Shown here: positions 58,615 through 64,000 of the stretch, in pieces
How the letters are laid out: the number at the start of each line of letters is the position of its first letter
How positions within the stretch are numbered: the first letter of the stretch is position 1
Assembly: GCA_934772525.1 (NCBI GenBank)
Contig: CAKVMI010000003.1
Location: forward strand, 158,418-222,417
Source: an uncultured Clostridia bacterium
GTDB taxonomy: Bacteria; Bacillota; Clostridia; Christensenellales; UBA1242
Reading direction: 5' to 3'
DNA: 64,000 bases
Program-made: the position numbers and the translations under genes
The notes under the pieces: model-generated
Told to the model about the DNA's origin: nothing
Databases searched by the model: none
The model's input: only the letters and a program-made list of their open reading frames with translations

Positions 58615-59706
58615 ATGAAAATCAATAAATTAAAATTGCAAAACTTTCGAAATTATGAGCAAATTGAAGTGGAGTTTGGCGAAAATGTTAATTGTTTAGT
58701 GGGTCGAAACGCACAAGGAAAAACCAACCTAGTAGAGCCGATTTATATAATTAGCGCATTAAAGTCATTCAGAAATAGTAAGCTTGTAGATTGTATAGAA
58801 GACACTAAAGACTCCGCCAAAATTATAGCAAATATTAGTTCAGTGGTTGGCACCAAAACTATAGAATATACCATTAATAAAGATGGCACAAACGAGTACT
58901 TGGTAAACCACAACAAAATCACAAAAAAGCGTGATATGTACGGGCATTCATACGCCGTAATATTTTCGCCCGACGAATTAAAGTTGGTTAAGGGTTCTCC
59001 CGATGTCAGACGTGACTTTTTGGATACCGACATTTGTCAAATTAGTAACATCTATTCCGATTTACTAGACCGATACGATAAGGTTTTGCAAAGCCGAAAC
59101 AAACTTTTAAAATTTTCAAAATCTCGTGATAAATTAAACGCAGAATTAGATGTTTGGGACATTTCGCTTGCAACTCTTGGTGCTCAAATTACTAAAACAC
59201 GTGAAAATTTTGTGGCAAATATCACACGTCACGCCGAAAAAATTATGCAACATTTATCCAAAAACGCCGAAACTTTAACCGTTAGTTACATTGGAATAAA
59301 TGGCGAAACCAAGGACGAAAAATGTGAAAATTTACTATCTGCATTAAAGTTTAATAGAGCCAAAGATATAGAACTAGGTTACACTTCTATTGGCCCACAT
59401 CGTGATGAAGTTAAGTTTTTTATAAACGGATTAGAAGTAAAACCATTCGCTTCCCAGGGGCAACAACGTTCGGTAGTTTTAGCACTAAAACTTGCCGAAA
59501 TGGAAGCAATAAAAGAAGTAAAAGAAGAGCCGATTTTAATTTTAGACGATGTATTTAGTGAACTAGATTCCACTCGTCAAAAACTACTTTTAGAATATCT
59601 TTCGGGAAAACAAGTCTTCATAACTTGCACAAATTTTAGAAAAAACGACCTTCAAAATCTGACAAAATTCAGAATAAAAAACGCAAAAATAGTCGCCGAA
59701 AATTAA
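58615..59706 (+). CDS. recF: DNA replication/repair protein RecF
   Basis: Walker A GRNAQGKTN, signature SQGQQRS and Walker B ILILDDV. Confidence 0.9.
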   Translation: MKINKLKLQNFRNYEQIEVEFGENVNCLVGRNAQGKTNLVEPIYIISALKSFRNSKLVDCIEDTKDSAKIIANISSVVGTKTIEYTINKDGTNEYLVNHNKITKKRDMYGHSYAVIFSPDELKLVKGSPDVRRDFLDTDICQISNIYSDLLDRYDKVLQSRNKLLKFSKSRDKLNAELDVWDISLATLGAQITKTRENFVANITRHAEKIMQHLSKNAETLTVSYIGINGETKDEKCENLLSALKFNRAKDIELGYTSIGPHRDEVKFFINGLEVKPFASQGQQRSVVLALKLAEMEAIKEVKEEPILILDDVFSELDSTRQKLLLEYLSGKQVFITCTNFRKNDLQNLTKFRIKNAKIVAEN

Positions 59707-59773
59707 AAAATATTTTTACGACACTTGCCACGCTACGTTATCATTAAATTTGGTCAATATATTTTTCAATAAC

Positions 59774-59820
59774 GCCCCAATTTGTCAAAAAAGTGCAAAT
59801 TTGGGGCTAATTTTTTTATT
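59774..59820 (+). terminator. recF terminator
   Basis: GCCCCAATTTG...CAAATTTGGGGC followed by a T7 run. Confidence 0.65.
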
Positions 59821-59876
59821 AAGTTTTAAAATTTGCTTTCTTTTTTTATAAAATTGTGCTATAATTACAAGCGTAA

Positions 59877-61814
<1,938 letters not shown>

Positions 61815-61825
61815 GGAGGTAGAGC

Positions 61826-64000
61826 ATGGCGAAAAAAAGAGATTATAGTGCAGAACATGACAAAATTATAGATAACACCAAATATCTAGACGTCGAAATT
61901 AATGACGAAATGAAAAAGTCTTTCATTAGTTATGCTATGGCAGTTAACGTATCACGTGCAATTCCAGATGTAAGAGATGGTTTAAAACCTGTTCATAGAA
62001 GAATACTTTATTCTATGGGTGAGTTAGGTTTATTCAATGATAAGCCACATCGTAAATGTGCCAGAATTGTCGGTGATGTTTTGGGTAAGTACCACCCACA
62101 CGGAGATAGTGCAGTTTATTTTGCATTAGTAAGGCTTGCACAAGACTTTACTATTCGTTGTCCATTAGTAGATGGTCACGGAAACTTTGGTTCGATTGAT
62201 GGTGACCCACCAGCAGCGCAACGTTACACAGAAGCAAGACTTAGTAAAATTGCCGGCGAAATGCTAAGAGATATAGATAAAGAAACGGTAGATTTTTATC
62301 CAAACTTTGATGAAACTCTAGAACAACCTTGCGTTTTACCATCAAGATTTCCAAACCTACTAGTTAATGGTTCGGATGGTATTGCGGTTGGTATGGCTAC
62401 AAATATTCCACCACACAACTTAGGTGAAGTTTGTAACGCCGTTGTAGCAATGCTAGAAAACCCAGAAATTACTGTGGATGAACTTATGAATTATATCCCA
62501 GCTCCAGACTTCCCAACAGGTGCATTAATTATGGGAAGAGCGGGAATTCGTCAAGCCTATCGTACTGGTCGTGGCGGAATTGTTATTAGAGCGAAAACCG
62601 AAATAGAAGAAGAACCAAATGGCAAAAGCCGTATTATAGTAACTGAAATTCCTTACCAAGTAAATAAAGCCGAACTTATTGTAACAATTGCAAATTTGGT
62701 TAAAAACAAAAAGATTGAAGGTATTACCGATATCAAAGAAGAGTCCGACCGTAATGGTATGAGAATTGTAATTGAAGTAAGAAAGGACGTTCAAGCAAAT
62801 GTAATATTAAATACATTATATAAACACACCGCACTTCAATCTTCATTCGGCGTAATAATGTTAGCCCTTGTAAATGGCGAACCAAGAGTTCTAAATTTAA
62901 AGGAAATGCTTTATTATTACATAGAGCATCAAAAACAAGTAATTGTTAGAAGAACTAAGTACGATTTAAACCGTGCCGAAGAAAGAGAACATATTGTAAA
63001 GGGTTTAGTAATAGCACTTGCAAATATAGATAAAGTTATCAAAATTATTAAGGCTTCTAGCGATAAGTTTGTAGCGTGCGATAAATTGATGGAAAACTTC
63101 AATTTAAGCGAAAAGCAAGCAAATGCCATTTTGGATATGCGTCTACAAAGATTAACTTCTCTAGAAGTTGAAAAACTAAAAGAAGAACTTGTAGAACTTG
63201 GCAAAACTATAGCCGAATTAAAATCTATTTTAAATAGTGACCAAAAGGTTGTAGATATCATAAAAACCGAAATTACCGAAATTAGAGATAAATATCCTCA
63301 AGAACGTAAGACTGAGATTGTAACTGACTATTCAGAACTAGATATTGCCGATTTAATTGAAAAACAAGACGTAGTAGTTAGTATGACTCACTATGGTTAT
63401 ATAAAGAGAGTTCCAGTATCTGAATACAAAGCACAAAAGCGTGGCGGTAAGGGTATGATTGCTCATAAGCCAAAGGAAGAAGACTTTGTAGAAAACCTAT
63501 TTATAACCAATACTCATAATGACATTATGTTCTTTACAAACTTAGGTAAGGTTTACTCTATTAAGGGTTACGAAATTCCAGAAGGTCAAAAACAAGCCAA
63601 GGGTAGAGCAATAGTTAATCTATTAGAACTACAAGAAAATGAAAAGGTTACCGCCGTTATTCCACTAACTGATGATATGGAAGGAAACCTAATTCAAGCA
63701 ACTCGAAATGGTATTGTTAAAAAGACCGCACTAGATGAGTATAAAAAGATTAGACGTGTAGGTAAAATAGCAATTAACCTAGATGAAGGCGACGAACTTA
63801 TCTCCGTTCAAATTACATCGGGTAGAGATGAAATCCTTCTTGCAACCCACGAAGGTAAATGTATTAAGTTTAGCGAAGAAGAACTTAGAACTCTTTCTCG
63901 TGATACTCGTGGAGTTAAGTGTATTGCTCTTGAAAAGAAAGACTATGTTGTAGATATGATTGCAATTAAGCCAAACCACAGCATCTTAACAGTTACCGAA
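61826..64000 (+). CDS. gyrA: DNA gyrase subunit A (3' end beyond the window)
   Basis: Not in the ORF track because it runs off the edge. The ATG at 61826 follows AAGGAGG. It reads [14 protein letters not shown]..., with HPHGDSAVY and the catalytic-Tyr region [10 protein letters not shown]. Confidence 0.95.
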   Translation, partial: MAKKRDYSAEHDKIIDNTKYLDVEINDEMKKSFISYAMAVNVSRAIPDVRDGLKPVHRRILYSMGELGLFNDKPHRKCARIVGDVLGKYHPHGDSAVYFALVRLAQDFTIRCPLVDGHGNFGSIDGDPPAAQRYTEARLSKIAGEMLRDIDKETVDFYPNFDETLEQPCVLPSRFPNLLVNGSDGIAVGMATNIPPHNLGEVCNAVVAMLENPEITVDELMNYIPAPDFPTGALIMGRAGIRQAYRTGRGGIVIRAKTEIEEEPNGKSRIIVTEIPYQVNKAELIVTIANLVKNKKIEGITDIKEESDRNGMRIVIEVRKDVQANVILNTLYKHTALQSSFGVIMLALVNGEPRVLNLKEMLYYYIEHQKQVIVRRTKYDLNRAEEREHIVKGLVIALANIDKVIKIIKASSDKFVACDKLMENFNLSEKQANAILDMRLQRLTSLEVEKLKEELVELGKTIAELKSILNSDQKVVDIIKTEITEIRDKYPQERKTEIVTDYSELDIADLIEKQDVVVSMTHYGYIKRVPVSEYKAQKRGGKGMIAHKPKEEDFVENLFITNTHNDIMFFTNLGKVYSIKGYEIPEGQKQAKGRAIVNLLELQENEKVTAVIPLTDDMEGNLIQATRNGIVKKTALDEYKKIRRVGKIAINLDEGDELISVQITSGRDEILLATHEGKCIKFSEEELRTLSRDTRGVKCIALEKKDYVVDMIAIKPNHSILTVTE

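Overview
This window reads as the replication-origin region of a low-GC (about 30% by eye) Bacillota/Mollicutes-like chromosome that uses the standard genetic code; conserved genes are uninterrupted and Trp is TGG. All calls come from motif recognition by eye, with no searches or computations. Housekeeping genes, left to right, are: a partial ABC-F, glmM, mscL, asnS, the ychF-rsmE-mtaB-HIT-rpsU block, ybaK, the ftsH-lepB-degV operon, parA-parB, tRNA-Arg(UCG), ndk, mnmG-mnmE, rpmH-rnpA-yidD-yidC-jag, dnaN, dnaA, recF, gyrB and a partial gyrA. The origin architecture is non-canonical. dnaA-dnaN is inverted relative to recF-gyrBA, and the rpmH operon is inverted relative to mnmE. Three large gene deserts are present (29.0-30.9, 50.8-53.2 and 57.2-58.6 kb). 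The strongest signals are: (1) six perfect consensus parS palindromes in a 1.2-kb non-coding array; (2) a G+C-rich array of alternating purine-pyrimidine tracts and AT-palindromes between dnaA and recF; (3) a 90-bp block of exactly 10-bp-phased T-tract repeats inside a 2.4-kb T-skewed desert; (4) a recurring inverted-repeat motif, GTTTTTAACA...TGTTAAAAAC, which may be a diverged DnaA box, including a 4-unit tandem array at 22 kb; (5) an orphan xHH-nuclease toxin/immunity cassette array; (6) a very basic Cys/Lys/Ser/Thr-rich protein next to an ABC exporter homolog that has lost every ATPase motif. Lesser items include a Bro-N/DinD-like pseudogene with two homopolymer frameshifts next to the tRNA, a G9 tract at a ribosome-binding site, a perfect LexA-type palindrome and an AT-hook protein.
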